Part shown: in pieces, positions 52,765 to 63,489 of the stretch | Numbering within the stretch: position 1 is the first letter of the stretch | Layout: each line of letters starts with the position of its first letter | Source: an uncultured Gammaproteobacteria bacterium | Lineage (GTDB): Bacteria > Pseudomonadota > Gammaproteobacteria > Xanthomonadales > Xanthomonadaceae | Assembly: GCA_963816945.1 (NCBI GenBank) | Contig: CAWFMH010000002.1 | Coordinates: 18,500 to 82,499 of the forward strand | Length of the DNA: 64,000 bases | Direction: 5' to 3' | The notes under the pieces: model-generated | Seen by the model: only the letters and a program-made list of their open reading frames with translations | Told to the model about the DNA's origin: nothing | Database searches by the model: none | Program-made: the position numbers and the translations under genes

Positions 52765-53637
52765 ATGAACAAGTGCCTGACCTTCCTGCTGATCGCGATG
52801 CTGGCCGCGACCACCGCCTGCAATCGCCAGGACACCGCGGCCGCGGCCGACGCCACCACGCCGAGCGCAACGGCCCCGGCGGCGGATGCCGCGCCGGCCG
52901 CTCCGTCGCAGACGCCTGCCGCCGCAGCCCCCACCACCGCTCCTGATCCCGCCGCGATCGCGGCTGCCGACGCCGCGGCCGCCGCCGCGCTGCAGGCTGC
53001 CGCGCAAGGCCCGGCTCCGGTCGCCGGCGAGGACTACATCGAAGTGCAGGGCGGGCAACCGTTCGATCCGCTGGCCGGCAAGGTCGAAGTGGTCGAGGTC
53101 TTCGGCTACGTCTGCCCCGCCTGCGCGAGCTTCCAGCCGCTGGTCAGCGCGTGGAAGCGCAAGCTGCCGTCCGACGTGCGCTTCACCTACGTGCCGGCGT
53201 TGTTCGGCGGCATCTGGGATCGCTATGCGCGCGCCTACTACGCGTCGGAATCGATGGGCCTCGTCGACAAGACCCACGACGACTTGTACAACGCGATCCA
53301 CATCCAGCAGACGCTCAAGGGCGAGCGCGGCCAGGACAGCGACCAGGACATCGCCGCGTTCTATGGCAAACATGGCGCCGACCCGCAGCAGTTCGTCAGC
53401 ACGATGGCCAGCTTCAGCGTCGACGCCAAGCTCAACAAGGCCAAGCAGTTCGCCATGCGCAGCGGCATCGACTCGACGCCCAGCGTGGTGATCAACGGCA
53501 AGTACCGCGTCAAGGGCAAGAGCTTCGAGGACATGCTGCGCATCGCCAACCAGCTGATCGCGCGCGAGCGCGCGGCGCAGGGCGGCGCACCGCAGGCCGA
53601 TGCCGCACAACAGGGCGGCACCGCCGCCGGCCACTGA
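52765..53637 (+). CDS. DsbA-like thiol:disulfide oxidoreductase, lipoprotein with Ala/Pro-rich linker
   Basis: ATG verified at 52765. Lipobox 'LAATTAC', a ~70-aa Ala/Pro-rich linker, then 'FGYVCPACASF' CxxC. Confidence 0.85.
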   Translation: MNKCLTFLLIAMLAATTACNRQDTAAAADATTPSATAPAADAAPAAPSQTPAAAAPTTAPDPAAIAAADAAAAAALQAAAQGPAPVAGEDYIEVQGGQPFDPLAGKVEVVEVFGYVCPACASFQPLVSAWKRKLPSDVRFTYVPALFGGIWDRYARAYYASESMGLVDKTHDDLYNAIHIQQTLKGERGQDSDQDIAAFYGKHGADPQQFVSTMASFSVDAKLNKAKQFAMRSGIDSTPSVVINGKYRVKGKSFEDMLRIANQLIARERAAQGGAPQADAAQQGGTAAGH

Positions 53638-53651
53638 GCCGCGCGGGAGAG

Positions 53652-54413
53652 ATGACGACGCGTTCGCTCAAGCTGCTCAGCGCCAATATTCAGGCCGGTT
53701 CCAGCACGCGCCGTTACAGCGACTACGCGACCCGTAGTTGGTCGCACGTGCTGCCGGCCGGCAACAAGCGCGGCGCGCTCGACACGATCGCGAAACTGGC
53801 CGGCGACCACGACATCGTCGGCCTGCAGGAAAGCGATCCGGGCAGCTGGCGTTCGGGCCTCACCAACCAGACGCATTACCTCGCCGAAGCCGGCGGCTTC
53901 GACTACTGGAGCCACCAGCCCAATCGCCGCGTCGGCAACTTCGCCTCCAGCGCCAACGGCCTGCTCAGCAAGCTCGAGCCGGTCGAGGTTACCGATCATC
54001 CCCTGCCTGGACGTATTTCCGGACGCGGCGTGCTGATGGCGCAGTTCGGCGAAGGGGATGAGGGCTTCACCATCGCCATCGCGCACCTGTCGCTCGGCAC
54101 GCAGTCGCGGCGCTCGCAGCTGGCCTTCATCGCCGAGTTGCTGCACGACCATCCGCATGCGGTGCTGATGGGCGACTTCAACTGCCTGCCCGACCGGCCG
54201 GAAATGGAAACCCTCTACAAACGCACGCATCTGCAACCGCCGGCGTGCGTCGTGCCGACGTTTCCGAGCTGGCGCCCGCAGAAGGCGATCGACCATATCC
54301 TGGTCACGCAGGCGCTGGCCTGCCGCGACCTGCGCGCGTTTCCGGCGGCATTGTCCGATCACCTGGCGCTGTCGATCGTGCTGGACGTGCCGGAGATCGC
54401 GCTGCAGCGCTGA
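53652..54413 (+). CDS. endonuclease/exonuclease/phosphatase (EEP) family protein
   Basis: ATG at 53652 with a GGGAGAG SD. 'IVGLQE', 'GDFNC' and 'SDHLAL' EEP motifs. Confidence 0.8.
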   Translation: MTTRSLKLLSANIQAGSSTRRYSDYATRSWSHVLPAGNKRGALDTIAKLAGDHDIVGLQESDPGSWRSGLTNQTHYLAEAGGFDYWSHQPNRRVGNFASSANGLLSKLEPVEVTDHPLPGRISGRGVLMAQFGEGDEGFTIAIAHLSLGTQSRRSQLAFIAELLHDHPHAVLMGDFNCLPDRPEMETLYKRTHLQPPACVVPTFPSWRPQKAIDHILVTQALACRDLRAFPAALSDHLALSIVLDVPEIALQR

Positions 54414-54421
54414 GCATCCCG

Positions 54422-54458
54422 AAAAAAAAAGCGGGCGGCGATTCGCATCGCCGCCCGC
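54422..54458 (-). terminator. rho-independent terminator of the TonB-dependent receptor gene
   Basis: 12-bp GC stem 'gcgggcggcgat/atcgccgcccgc' (54431-54458), followed on the minus strand by a U9 run (A9 at 54422-54430). Confidence 0.8.
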
Positions 54459-54480
54459 CATCATTGCCGCTGAAGATGGA

Positions 54481-57381
54481 TCAGAAACGATAGTCGGCGC
54501 TGACGTACCAGAACGCGCCCGGCAGGTCATAGGTACCGGCGTCGTAGCCATTCAGCGAGCAGCTCAGGCACACCGGCGGTTCCTTGCCGAAGATGTTGTT
54601 GGCGCCGGCTGACAGCTTCAGGCCTTCGAGCGCAAACGCGTCTTTCCAGCTCGCCTGCAGGTCGTGGTAGGTGGTCGAGCCGAGCGTGTTGAACGCGACG
54701 CCGCCCTGGCAACCGGGCGCCTCGTCGACCGGCACGTTGCTGCAGGGCTCGTCGACCGCGGAGATGTAACGCGACGTCCAGTTGACGTTCCAGTCGCCCA
54801 GCGTCCAACCGAACTGCACGTTGGTCTGCCAATCCGGAATCGCGCTGTTGTCCACTTCGATACCGACTTCGCGCTGCGACCTGTTGCCGTCGATGTCGAT
54901 CGCCTCGTAACCCATGACGTGCGTCGACTGCAGCGACGCTGTCAGGCGGCCCCAGCTCCACTCCGGTCCGGTCCAGTTGGCCTTGATGTCGAGGCCATCC
55001 GTCTTGATCGTGCCGAGGTTGTCGAGGAAGTTGTTCGGTGGATTGAGGTTGCCGCCGATCGGATTGCGCGAGAACGGTGTGCAGTTGATCGTGCCGACGC
55101 CGCCTTCGCGCAGACACTGCCGCAGCAACGATTGCAGGTCGCGCGGCTGGATGGCGCCGTCGATCTCGTGGTTGTAGTAGCTCAGCTCGACATCGAAGCG
55201 ATCCGACCAGGCAGTGTCTTCAGCCCAGCCCGGGCTGTAGACCACGCCGAAGGTGTAGCTGTCGGACTCTTCGGGTTCGAGGTTCGGGTTGCCACCGGTG
55301 AAGGTGGTGATCTGGGTGTTGGCCTGCTCGAAGTTGGGCGGCGCGCCCTGCGCCAGGCAGCCCGCAGCGAATTCCGGCGAAGCCGGGCCGGGACTACCGG
55401 TCGAACCGCAGGGATCGACCAGCGTCGCGCCGAATTGCGTGAGGCCGAACAATTCACCCAGGTTCGGAGCGCGGAAACCTTCCGAATACGTGCCGCGGAT
55501 CACCAAGTCCTCGATCGGCTGCCAGCGGAAACCTGCCTTGCCGGTCGTTGCATTGCCGAAGGTCGAGTAGTCGGAGTAGCGGATTGCCGCAGTCAGATCG
55601 AGCGAGGCGAGCACTGGGAAACTGAATTCCGAGTAGATCTCGCTCACGTCGTATTCCGCCTTGACTGGCGAAGCGAACGAGTCCTGCGACTCACCGGTCT
55701 GGCGCAACGGATCAGGATTGAACTCGCCGCGGTACTTGCGGTGCTCGACGCCGGCTGCGAAAGCAGCAGAGCGGTCGCCAATGTCGAACAGGTCACCCGT
55801 CACGTTGGCCGAAGCCAGATCCAGCGTCTGCTTGCTGGAATCGATCTGCGTGGTGCGGATGTAGTTGATCATCTCCTGGGTCATCGGACGGCCCTGGCCA
55901 CCGAACAGGTCCAACGGCACGCAACCGGCGACCGCCGCGCACAAGGCCGGATCGCCGAGCGCGAGCTTGATCTTGGCGACGTTGTAGCCGTTGAAGAATG
56001 TCTGCTCGGCCTTGTTCTCCGAATGCACGTAGTTGGCGTCCCAGCTGAAGCCGCGATCGCCGATGTTGAACAGGCCGTCGAGTCCGACGTTGAAGTAGAT
56101 GGTGTCGACGTCCTGCTCGAAGATGCGCGGACCGACCTCGATGGGACGCTTGGTCAGCACCAGGAAATTGGAGGCCGCGTCGAGGGTATAGCCGAACGGG
56201 TTGTACGGGTTGTCCGCGTGGATGCTGATGGTGTCGGCGATGCCGCCCGTGCCGGCGCCCGGTCCGACGAAGATCGGTTCCGGCGCGGCCTGGTTGGTCG
56301 AGGTGCGATTGTTGTACAGCCCCTTGACGTGCAGGCGCGTGTTCTCGGTAAGGTCGTAGTTGAGGCTGGTGTAAATCGCCTTGCGCTTGCTCGGCGTCAA
56401 TAGCAGGTTGAACGGCGCGAAGTTGAAGCGGTCCGCGCCACTGAAGCTGTGGTACGTGCCGCCGTTCGGATCATTCGGGTCGAACACCGGCGTGGTCGTG
56501 CCGCCGTCCAAGGTGATGTCGTACCAGTTCTCGGTATCGGCATCGCAGCCGCCGACGCCGGTCGTGGGACGGTTCGGGTCGCAGAAGAAGAAACGGCCCT
56601 GCGGGATGCCCGAACTGCCGCCGCGCACGCCGGTGCCGGGCGTGGGGAACGCAGACTGGTCCCAGCTTCCGGAACTGATGGACTTCTGCTCGTAGTAGCT
56701 CGCCCCGAACACCGCCGACCAGCGCTCGCCGCTGCCGCCGAGGGTCAGGCTGGCTTCGGTCGTGCCGCCGCCGTCGTCGTACTCGCCGTAATACGTGTGG
56801 ACTTCGGCGCCGTCGAACTTCCTGCGCGTGATGATGTTGACGACGCCGGCGATGGCGTCGGAGCCGTAGATCGCCGAGGCGCCGTCCTCGAGCACTTCGA
56901 CGCGCTCGACGATCGCCAGCGGGATGGTGTTGACGTCGGCGCTGCCGCTGACGCCCGATGCCGAGGATTCGTTGACCCAGCGGATGCCGTCGACTAATAC
57001 CAGCACGCGCTGCGAGCCGAGATTGCGCAGGTCGACCTGCGCCGAACCCGCGCCGATGCCGCCGCCGTCGGACGGGTAACCGAAGTTGCCCGAAGAATTG
57101 AACTTGGCGTTGAGCGCCTTGCCGCTGGCGGTGAGCTGCTGCAGCACTTCGCCGACGGTCTGTACGCCGGTCTTGTCGAGTGCCGCGCGATCGAGGACGA
57201 AGACCGGCTGCGCAGTGACCGCATTGGTCTGCTTGATGCGCGTGCCGGTCACGCTGACGGTGTCGAGCGTAGTGGCTTGTTCGCTGCTGGCGGGTTCCTG
57301 CGCGAACGCCAGGCCCGGCGCGGCCAGCAAGAGGGAAACATGGATGGCCAGGGCCAAACGTTGGTAGGGCAGCGATTTCAT
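54481..57381 (-). CDS. TonB-dependent outer-membrane receptor
   Basis: ATG verified at 57381 with a GAGGAGAG SD. Signal peptide, plug domain ('[12 protein letters not shown]'), long beta-barrel, terminal '...YVSADYRF'. Confidence 0.9.
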   Translation of the reverse strand: MKSLPYQRLALAIHVSLLLAAPGLAFAQEPASSEQATTLDTVSVTGTRIKQTNAVTAQPVFVLDRAALDKTGVQTVGEVLQQLTASGKALNAKFNSSGNFGYPSDGGGIGAGSAQVDLRNLGSQRVLVLVDGIRWVNESSASGVSGSADVNTIPLAIVERVEVLEDGASAIYGSDAIAGVVNIITRRKFDGAEVHTYYGEYDDGGGTTEASLTLGGSGERWSAVFGASYYEQKSISSGSWDQSAFPTPGTGVRGGSSGIPQGRFFFCDPNRPTTGVGGCDADTENWYDITLDGGTTTPVFDPNDPNGGTYHSFSGADRFNFAPFNLLLTPSKRKAIYTSLNYDLTENTRLHVKGLYNNRTSTNQAAPEPIFVGPGAGTGGIADTISIHADNPYNPFGYTLDAASNFLVLTKRPIEVGPRIFEQDVDTIYFNVGLDGLFNIGDRGFSWDANYVHSENKAEQTFFNGYNVAKIKLALGDPALCAAVAGCVPLDLFGGQGRPMTQEMINYIRTTQIDSSKQTLDLASANVTGDLFDIGDRSAAFAAGVEHRKYRGEFNPDPLRQTGESQDSFASPVKAEYDVSEIYSEFSFPVLASLDLTAAIRYSDYSTFGNATTGKAGFRWQPIEDLVIRGTYSEGFRAPNLGELFGLTQFGATLVDPCGSTGSPGPASPEFAAGCLAQGAPPNFEQANTQITTFTGGNPNLEPEESDSYTFGVVYSPGWAEDTAWSDRFDVELSYYNHEIDGAIQPRDLQSLLRQCLREGGVGTINCTPFSRNPIGGNLNPPNNFLDNLGTIKTDGLDIKANWTGPEWSWGRLTASLQSTHVMGYEAIDIDGNRSQREVGIEVDNSAIPDWQTNVQFGWTLGDWNVNWTSRYISAVDEPCSNVPVDEAPGCQGGVAFNTLGSTTYHDLQASWKDAFALEGLKLSAGANNIFGKEPPVCLSCSLNGYDAGTYDLPGAFWYVSADYRF

Positions 57382-57497
57382 CGGGACTCTCTCCTCAAAG
57401 TAGAACAATGGTCCGCGCATGCCCCTGTTCACACGCCGGTAACGCCTTGTAAACAATTCGTAAAGGCTCCACAAGGCCTAAGCGGTCATGTAACCGG

Positions 57498-58292
57498 TTA
57501 CTGCCAAATTAGGGATAGTCCGACGACCCACAAAAAGGCCGCGAATACGCGCTTCAGGGCCGGTCCGCTGATGGCATGGGCCAGGCGGGTGCCGAACGGC
57601 GCGGCCAGGACCGAGGCCAGGGCGACCCCGATCGCGGCGGGCAGGTAGACATAGCCGATGGCATGCGCGGGCAAGGCCCCTGCCGGGGCATTGAGGGCAT
57701 AACCGACTGCGCTGCCGATCCCGATCGCCACCCCGCAGGCCGAGGACGTGCCGACCGCGCGCACGGGCGTGACGCCGCGCCAGGTCAGCACCGGCACCGT
57801 CATGCTGCCGCCGCCAATGCCGACGACCGCCGACACCGCGCCGATGCCGATGCCGGCGATGCTCATCACCGGTCCGCGGGGCACCACGTCCGCGCTGCCG
57901 CCCTTGCGGGTTCCGCCGAAGGCCATCTGTGCACCGGCGATGAAGCAGTAGGCCGCGACGAACAGGCGCAGGACATCGCCATCGATGGCGACCGCAAACA
58001 GGCTGCCGAGCCAGCCGCCGAGCAGCAGGCCCGGCACCATCCATCCGACCGTCGGCCACAGCACGCCGCCGCGGCGGTGATGCGCGTAGGCCGACGACGC
58101 GGCGGTCATGATGATGCTCGCCATCGAACTCGCCAACGCCGCATGCATCGCGGCGTCCTTCGGTACGCCCTGCGCCGGCAGCAGCCATACCAGGGCCGCC
58201 ACCAGGATCAATCCGCCGCCGATGCCGAGCAGTCCTGCCAGCACGCCGGCGACGATGCCCAACAGCGGAAACAACCACAGTCCTTCCAGCAT
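57498..58292 (-). CDS. TauE/SafE (DUF81) family anion exporter
   Basis: 264-aa polytopic membrane ORF with 'GLLGIGGGLILV' and a repeated 'GIGGGS' motif. Confidence 0.85.
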   Translation of the reverse strand: MLEGLWLFPLLGIVAGVLAGLLGIGGGLILVAALVWLLPAQGVPKDAAMHAALASSMASIIMTAASSAYAHHRRGGVLWPTVGWMVPGLLLGGWLGSLFAVAIDGDVLRLFVAAYCFIAGAQMAFGGTRKGGSADVVPRGPVMSIAGIGIGAVSAVVGIGGGSMTVPVLTWRGVTPVRAVGTSSACGVAIGIGSAVGYALNAPAGALPAHAIGYVYLPAAIGVALASVLAAPFGTRLAHAISGPALKRVFAAFLWVVGLSLIWQ

Positions 58293-58379
58293 CGACTCGC
58301 TCCCGTCTCCGACACCACGCCACGCACACGCAATAGGCCGCGAAAAGGCAATTCAGAAACCTTCGGCTATAGTCGGGCG

Positions 58380-60407
58380 ATGCCAACAAACGACCTCGTC
58401 CACGATGCGATCCGCGTGCGTTGCAACGCACGCATCGTACTCGCCATCGCAATGATCGCCTGCGCATGCTCCGCGCAGGCGCAGTCGTCCGACGCCGCCG
58501 TGCGTGCGGCCATCGAAGCTGCCGAACGCGGCGAAGCGAATACGACAATCCCGGCCCAGCATCCTTTGTCCGGTTGGATCGAGTACGCGCGGCTGCGCCG
58601 CGACATCGACACGCTGCCGACCGCGCAGGCGCAGTCGTTCCTGTCGCGCCAGCAGGGACAACCCGTCGCCGAGGCGTTCCGCGAGTTGTGGCTGGCGGCG
58701 CTGTCGCGCCGGCAGGACTGGCCGGCGTTTCGCGCCGCATGGAAGCCGTCGCCGTCGAACAACCTAGGCAAGAACGACACCCTGCGCTGCGCCGACCTCA
58801 ATGCGCGCCAGGCCACCGGCGCCACGGATGCAGCCTGGACGCGCGATGCGCAGGCGCTGTGGCGCAGCACCGGCAAGCCCTTGCCTGCGGTTTGCGATGC
58901 GCCGTTTGCGATCCTCGCCAGCCAGGGCGGCCTGCCGCCGGCGCTGCGTTGGGAACGCATCGAGAAGGCCGCCGCGGAATGGCAGCCGGCGGTGATGCGC
59001 GACGCGGCGCGCGGGCTGCCCGCCGACGAGTTCGCGCTCGCCAACGATTACGCCGCCTTCTTCGACGCGGTGCACGAACGCGCATTGACCTGGCCGAAGA
59101 CGCCGCGCAGCCGCCTGATCGCCTCGCAAGGCCTGGCCCGCCTGGCCAAGTCGCTGCCGATGAGCGTCGACACGCAGTTGCCGAAATTCGCCAGCGCACT
59201 CGGCTTCACCGAGGCCGATCGTGCTCGCCCGCTGTACCAGGCCGCGTTGTGGGCGGTCGCGTCGTATGAACCCGATTCGGCGCGGCGGCTGAACGCCGTC
59301 CCCGAATCCGCTTACGACGAGCGCCTGCACGAATGGCGCGTGCGCGAAGCGATGTCGCGTTCGGACTGGCGCGCCGCGCTGGTGGCGATCCGCAAGATGG
59401 GCGCTACGCAGCGCAACGATTCGCGCTGGAAATATTTCGAGGCGCGGCTGGAAGAGATCGCCGGCAACAAGACGGGCGCGCAGGCCTTGTACCGCGAGGC
59501 TGCGCGCAAGCCCGAGTTCCATGGCTTCCTCGCCGCCGATCGTCTCCAGCAGGGATACGCACTGTGCCCATGGGATCCGAACGACTCTGCCGCAGCGAAG
59601 GCGACGATCGCGCGCGACCCCGGCATCGTGCGGGCGATGGCGCTGTCGCGCATCGACCGCGCGGCCTGGGCGCAGCGCGAGTGGGACGCGGTATTGGCGC
59701 GGTTCGACGATACCCAGCGACGCATGGCGGTCGAGGTCGCGCAGGACAATGGCTGGTTCGACCGCGGCGTGTTCGGCCTGGTCAGCGTCGGCGGCAAACG
59801 TTATCCAGAGGAATCGCGCCTGTACAAGCTGCGCTTCCCGCTGCACCACGATGCGACGATCCGGCGCGAGGCGGTCAAATACGGCATCGATCCAGCCTGG
59901 GTCGCGGCCGAGATCCGCGCCGAGAGCATCTTCAATCCGCGCGCGCGCTCCGGCGCCAACGCGATGGGCCTGATGCAGGTGCTGCCGGGCACCGGCGCCG
60001 CCGTCGCCAACCGCATCGGCCTGCCCTGGGGCGGTGCCGACAGCCTCTACGACGCCGACACCAATATCGCCATCGGCACGGCCTATCTGCGCCAGATGGA
60101 GGACAAATACGGGCAACCCTACGTCGCTATCGCCGCATACAACGCCGGACCCGCGCCCGTCGCGCGCTGGCAGACGCAGCGCCCGGCGATGGATGCCGAT
60201 TTCTGGATCGAGACCATCAGCTACAAGGAAACGCGCGAGTACGTCGCGCGCGTGCTCGCCTTCAGTGTGATTTACGACTGGCGCCTCAATGGCAGCGCGG
60301 TACCGGTATCCGAGCGCATGCGCGGGCGCGAAGGCACGGCGCGCAAGGCGTTCTCGTGTCCGGCTGCGGAAGTGCAGTCGGCGAAGCCGGTAGCCGGTAG
60401 CGGGTAG
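58380..60407 (+). CDS. slt: soluble lytic murein transglycosylase (Slt70-like)
   Basis: ATG at 58380 (675 aa). Signal peptide, a long superhelical U-domain, and a C-terminal SLT domain 'AEIRAESIFNPRARSGANAMGLMQVLPGTG...AYNAGP'. Confidence 0.9.
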   Translation: MPTNDLVHDAIRVRCNARIVLAIAMIACACSAQAQSSDAAVRAAIEAAERGEANTTIPAQHPLSGWIEYARLRRDIDTLPTAQAQSFLSRQQGQPVAEAFRELWLAALSRRQDWPAFRAAWKPSPSNNLGKNDTLRCADLNARQATGATDAAWTRDAQALWRSTGKPLPAVCDAPFAILASQGGLPPALRWERIEKAAAEWQPAVMRDAARGLPADEFALANDYAAFFDAVHERALTWPKTPRSRLIASQGLARLAKSLPMSVDTQLPKFASALGFTEADRARPLYQAALWAVASYEPDSARRLNAVPESAYDERLHEWRVREAMSRSDWRAALVAIRKMGATQRNDSRWKYFEARLEEIAGNKTGAQALYREAARKPEFHGFLAADRLQQGYALCPWDPNDSAAAKATIARDPGIVRAMALSRIDRAAWAQREWDAVLARFDDTQRRMAVEVAQDNGWFDRGVFGLVSVGGKRYPEESRLYKLRFPLHHDATIRREAVKYGIDPAWVAAEIRAESIFNPRARSGANAMGLMQVLPGTGAAVANRIGLPWGGADSLYDADTNIAIGTAYLRQMEDKYGQPYVAIAAYNAGPAPVARWQTQRPAMDADFWIETISYKETREYVARVLAFSVIYDWRLNGSAVPVSERMRGREGTARKAFSCPAAEVQSAKPVAGSG

Positions 60408-60426
60408 CCGGCGCATCGCCCATCTT

Positions 60427-60505
60427 CGTCATCCCAGCGAAAGCTGGGAACCATCTTGATTTTACTCAACGTCAAAAATGGGTCCCAGCTTTCGCTGGGA
60501 TGACG
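60427..60505. repeat. 79-bp nested palindromic element (GTCATCCCAGCGAAAGCTGGGA type)
   Basis: Arms 'cgtcatcccagcgaaagctgggaaccatcttgat' and '...aaaaatgggtcccagctttcgctgggatgacg', immediately 3' of slt. Confidence 0.85.
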
Positions 60506-60561
60506 AGTAAAAGCGGTACGCTTCGACCAGTGCCTCCGTCGCCTCACTCAGGGAGATTCCC

Positions 60562-60939
60562 ATGGGCCTGATCGACAGCCTGCTCGGCAACGCCGGCGAG
60601 AAACCGATCGAGACGATCGCCGAAGACTTCGCGCCGCTGCTCGCCGCAGGTGAAACGCTGCAACGCGCGTTCGGTCTGATCCGCGACCTGATGGTCTTCA
60701 CCGACCGCCGCCTGATCCTGGTCAACAAGCAGGGCGTGACCGGCAAACGCGTCGAATATCTCAGCATCCCTTACCGCAGCATCGTGATGTTCTCGCTCGA
60801 GACCGAAGGCCATTTCGACCTCGAGGCCGAACTCAAGATCTGGCTGTCGGGCCAGGCGAACCCGATCGGCCGCACCATCGGTCGCGGCGAAGGCGCGAGC
60901 GACATCATCGCGCTGCTGGCGCAGAACGCGCCGCGCTGA
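60562..60939 (+). CDS. bacterial PH-domain protein (YokE/DUF1696-like)
   Basis: 125-aa ORF. The 'LMVFTDRRLILVNKQGVTGKRVEYLSIPYRSI' pattern is typical of bPH domains. Confidence 0.6.
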   Translation: MGLIDSLLGNAGEKPIETIAEDFAPLLAAGETLQRAFGLIRDLMVFTDRRLILVNKQGVTGKRVEYLSIPYRSIVMFSLETEGHFDLEAELKIWLSGQANPIGRTIGRGEGASDIIALLAQNAPR

Positions 60940-60945
60940 CGTCGC

Positions 60946-62214
60946 ATGCGCGTCTACCTCGTCGGCGGTGCGATTCGCGACCGTCTGCTCGGGCTGCCGC
61001 CTGCCGGAAAGGCGGCTACCGGTCGGGCGGCTACGGACAGGGCGGCTACCGACAGGGATTTCGTCGTCGTCGGCGAAACCCAGGACGCGATGCAGGCACG
61101 CGGCTTCAAGCCGGTCGGGCGCGATTTCCCGGTGTTCCTGCATCCGCAGACCGGCGAGGAATACGCGCTGGCGCGCACCGAACGCAAATCCGGGCGCGGC
61201 TATCGCGGCTTCGTCGTCGATGCCGATCCTTCGGTGACGCTGGAAGAGGATCTGGCGCGGCGCGATTTCACCGTCAACGCGATCGCCGAAGATGCGGACG
61301 GCACGCTGATCGATCCGTTCGGCGGTGGGCGCGACATCGAAGCGCGCGTGCTGCGTCACGTCGGCGCGGCCTTCGTCGAGGATCCGCTGCGCATCCTCCG
61401 CGCGGCGCGCTTCATGGCGCGTTTCGCGCCGCTTGGCTTCACGATCGCGCCGGAGACGATGGCGCTGATGCGCACGATGGTCGAATCCGGCGAAGCCGAT
61501 GCGCTGGTGCCGGAACGCGTCTGGCAGGAACTGTCGCGCGCACTGGCGGCGCGGCAGCCATCGGCCTTCCTGCGCACGCTACGCGACTGCGGCGCGCTGC
61601 GCGTGGTGCTGCCGGAAGTCGATGCGCTGTACGGCGTGCCGCAACGCGCCGAATACCATCCCGAGATCGACACCGGTGTGCATATCGAACTGGTCTGCGA
61701 CATGGCCGCGCGGCTGGCGCCGGGCGACGACCTCATCGGCTTCGCCGCACTCGCCCATGACCTCGGCAAGGCGCTCACCCCGGTCGAGGAGTTGCCCAGA
61801 CACATCCAGCACGAACAGCGCGGCATCGCGCCGTTGCGCACATTGTGCGAGCGCCTGAAAGTCCCGGCCGCGCATCGCGAACTCGCGATCATGGCCTGCC
61901 GCGAACATCTCAACGTGCATCGCCTGCCGGAACTGCGCGACGAGACCGTGCACGATCTGCTCGCGCGCTGCGACGGCTTCCGCAAGCCAGAACGCATCGC
62001 GCAGTTGGCGCTGGTGTGCGAGGCCGACAAACGCGGCCGCGCCGGACTTGCGGACCATCCCTACCCGCAAGCCCCGGAATTGCTGCGCCTGCATGCTGCC
62101 GCGTGCGCGGTGCGCGGGGCAGACATCGCGCGTGAGGGCCTGGAAGGTCCGGCGCTCGGCGAGGCGTTGCGCAAGGCGCGCATCGCCGCGATCCGCGGAG
62201 CGCGGAGCGTGTAG
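60946..62214 (+). CDS. cca: multifunctional CCA-adding tRNA nucleotidyltransferase (class II, with HD domain)
   Basis: 422-aa ORF collinear with E. coli Cca ('YLVGGAIRD', 'DRDFVVVG', '[29 protein letters not shown]', 'HPEIDTGVH', 'HDLGK'), except for a 15-aa insert (see findings). Confidence 0.92.
   Translation: MRVYLVGGAIRDRLLGLPPAGKAATGRAATDRAATDRDFVVVGETQDAMQARGFKPVGRDFPVFLHPQTGEEYALARTERKSGRGYRGFVVDADPSVTLEEDLARRDFTVNAIAEDADGTLIDPFGGGRDIEARVLRHVGAAFVEDPLRILRAARFMARFAPLGFTIAPETMALMRTMVESGEADALVPERVWQELSRALAARQPSAFLRTLRDCGALRVVLPEVDALYGVPQRAEYHPEIDTGVHIELVCDMAARLAPGDDLIGFAALAHDLGKALTPVEELPRHIQHEQRGIAPLRTLCERLKVPAAHRELAIMACREHLNVHRLPELRDETVHDLLARCDGFRKPERIAQLALVCEADKRGRAGLADHPYPQAPELLRLHAAACAVRGADIAREGLEGPALGEALRKARIAAIRGARSV
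61011..61055 (+). repeat. 15-bp x3 in-frame tandem repeat inside cca
   Basis: 'ggcggctaccggtcg / ggcggctacggacag / ggcggctaccgacag' encodes '[15 protein letters not shown]'. Confidence 0.9.
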
Positions 62215-62259
62215 GAGCTGGTTCGCTCGTGACTCACTGGAGGTGCAGACCTCCCTGGC

Positions 62260-62342
62260 CGTCATTCCCGCGAAGGCGGGAACCCAGTGTCTTGGCTTCC
62301 AAACATTCAAAGTCGCTGGGTCCCGCCTTCGCGGGGATGACG
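62260..62342. repeat. 83-bp nested palindromic element (GTCATTCCCGCGAAGGCGGGAA type)
   Basis: Arms 'cgtcattcccgcgaaggcgggaacccagtgtct' and 'agtcgctgggtcccgccttcgcggggatgacg', 3' of cca. Confidence 0.85.
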
Positions 62343-62382
62343 AGCAAAGGCAGCAGCCTGTCAATTTTCAAATGGACCCTCG

Positions 62383-63489
62383 TCAGATCCTGACGCGCCA
62401 ACCACGCCGATCCATCCACCACACGACCAGCCACCAGAACAACACGAATGCCACGGCGAACAGCAACGAAGGCAGGTACGGACCAAAGCGCGGCGTCATC
62501 CAGCTGGCGAAGCCGACACGATAGATCGGCTGCCACCAGCCCAACGCAGCGAATACGTACGTCATCAGCGCCGAACCTGCGTAGGCCGCGATGGCGTTGA
62601 CGCCGAAGCGACGTCCCAACGCCGGCCAGCCGCGCAAGTCGATGGCGATATGGCATGCCACGAGCGCCAGCAGTGCCCAGCCGCCGCTCCAAAGCACGTA
62701 CGACGACGTCCACAGGTTCTTGTTGATCGGCAGCACCTGCGCCCACACCGCAGCGAGCACCAGCGCAGCGAGGCCTGCAGCGCAGAGCCGGCGAAGTTGG
62801 CCGTGGCGCAGCCAATCGCCAGCGCGCAAGCCGAGCAACGTGGTAGCGATCGCACCCAGCGTGCTCACCAAGCCTTCCGGATCGTGACCCAGGCCGGTGG
62901 CGGCGTCGAACTGATAGGCCAACGGACCAAGCATCGCGGTGTCTACGCGACTGGCGAAGTTCGTCCATGGCGCATAGGTGCCAAGCGTCGCAAGCAAGGC
63001 CCAATAGCCGAGCAGCAATGCGGCGAGGCAGAGCCACTGCGTCCGCGCCCGCGTGTGCAGAGCGAGCAGGCCGACCACGCCGAAGCACAAGCCGATCCGT
63101 TGCAGCACGCCCCAGGGCCGGAAATAGGGATGCTGGAGCGCAAGCCATGCGACCAGATGCAAGCCCAATCCTAACAACACGATGCGCGACGCGCGCAGCA
63201 GGACATCGCGCTGCAAGGTCGTGCGCGCGACGCCGGCTTCCATCCGCGGCAGCAAGCCGAGCGCGATCGAGACGCCGACGACGAACAGGAAAAACGGGAA
63301 GACGAGGTCGGTCGGCGTGCAGCCGTGCCACTCCGAATGCAGCAACGGCGCGTAGACGTGGCCCCAGTCACCGGGCGTGTTCACCAGCAGCATCGCCGCG
63401 ACGGTAATGCCGCGCAGCGCATCGACGGATACGAACCGTGGCGGTCTTGTCGCTGCCTGCACGCTTATTCCGCCGTGCCGCCGATCCAC
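62383..63489 (-). CDS. DUF1624/DUF5009 membrane acyltransferase-like protein (NagX-like)
   Basis: 368-aa polytopic ORF. 'SVDALRGITVAAMLLVNTPG...FPFFLFVVGVS' is typical of the HGSNAT-like family. It lies directly downstream of nagA. The start may be a little downstream of 63489. Confidence 0.7.
   Translation of the reverse strand: MDRRHGGISVQAATRPPRFVSVDALRGITVAAMLLVNTPGDWGHVYAPLLHSEWHGCTPTDLVFPFFLFVVGVSIALGLLPRMEAGVARTTLQRDVLLRASRIVLLGLGLHLVAWLALQHPYFRPWGVLQRIGLCFGVVGLLALHTRARTQWLCLAALLLGYWALLATLGTYAPWTNFASRVDTAMLGPLAYQFDAATGLGHDPEGLVSTLGAIATTLLGLRAGDWLRHGQLRRLCAAGLAALVLAAVWAQVLPINKNLWTSSYVLWSGGWALLALVACHIAIDLRGWPALGRRFGVNAIAAYAGSALMTYVFAALGWWQPIYRVGFASWMTPRFGPYLPSLLFAVAFVLFWWLVVWWMDRRGWRVRI

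Noticed and set aside
54664-56403. Long antisense or alternative-frame ORFs opposite well-supported genes. Others are 12301-14442, 24187-25353, 25413-26567, 32039-33445, 33778-35031, 35086-36855, 37306-39108, 42403-43500, 45061-46479, 46374-47753, 47798-49180, 50847-51971, 52606-53634, 53361-54551, 58764-60416 and 62234-63331.
   Set aside because: Each overlaps a gene on the other strand or in another frame that carries recognisable family motifs. Their translations are Arg/Ala/Gly-biased with no motifs. This is the expected GC3 artefact.
57382-57497. Possible riboswitch or leader upstream of the TonB-dependent receptor gene
   Set aside because: The spacer is only 116 nt, too short for a cobalamin riboswitch. 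I recognise no conserved riboswitch core. The only notable feature is the 12-bp palindrome 'gtaaccggttac' at the TauE stop.
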